A DNA stretch of 64,000 nucleotides from Squalus acanthias (Eukaryota). The stretch covers positions 97,094,001 through 97,158,000 of the forward strand of contig CM059431.1 in NCBI GenBank assembly GCA_030390025.1, in the 5' to 3' direction. Positions 63,700-64,000 of this stretch are shown here, one piece after another (position 1 is the first letter of the stretch; each line of letters begins with the position of its first letter). A program made the translations under genes and the position numbers. Under the pieces are notes generated by a model, which was not told where the DNA came from, searched no databases, and saw only the letters and a program-made list of their open reading frames with translations.

Positions 63700-63985
63700 T
63701 GTGATGGAGGGTATACTAGAGATACCGAATACTGTTACAGGAGTATGAGGGAGGGCATACTGGAGATACTGAATACTGTTACAGGAGTATGAGGGAGGGT
63801 ATACTGGAGATACTGAATACTGTTACAGGAGTGTGAGGGAGGGTATACTGGAGATACTGAGTACTGTTACAGGAGTGTGAGGGAGGGCATACTGGAGATA
63901 CTGAGTACTGTTACAGGAGTGTGAGGGGGGGTATACTGGAGATACTGAATACTGTTACAGGAGTGTGAAGGAGGGCATACTAGGT
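63700..63985. repeat. 44-bp minisatellite, ~6 copies
   Basis: GGGAGGGTATACTGGAGATACTGAATACTGTTACAGGAGTGTGA. Confidence 0.9.
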
Positions 63986-64000
63986 ATATTAGTGAATGAA

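Overview
Eukaryotic, repeat-saturated DNA; the CR1/L2/Deu-SINE/Penelope repertoire points to a vertebrate, most likely a cartilaginous fish (inference). No host gene is confidently identifiable. Almost every long ORF belongs to a retroelement. Main contents: (1) many CR1-clade LINEs, three roughly full length (16.2-34.8 kb interrupted, 24.6-29.1 kb, 52.5-58.0 kb), plus L2, a second CR1/L2-superfamily LINE family and a Vingi-like fragment; (2) a 13.7 kb LTR element (20100-33840; ~969 bp LTRs, GGCC TSD, tRNA-Arg PBS, env-like remnant) holding five nested insertions; (3) a near-intact 4.16 kb PIF/Harbinger transposon (58034-62194) with a spliced Myb/SANT gene and a HARBI1-like transposase broken by one frameshift; (4) three MITEs of that family that keep both genes' 5' ends, one related MITE and one relic; (5) three short Penelope-type fragments, two carrying a minimal hammerhead ribozyme motif, with element boundaries at the predicted cleavage site; (6) minisatellites apparently born from a CR1 ORF2 end and from a SINE; (7) a speculative two-exon small secreted-peptide ORF. 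All alignments and counts were done by eye; boundaries of decayed elements are approximate.
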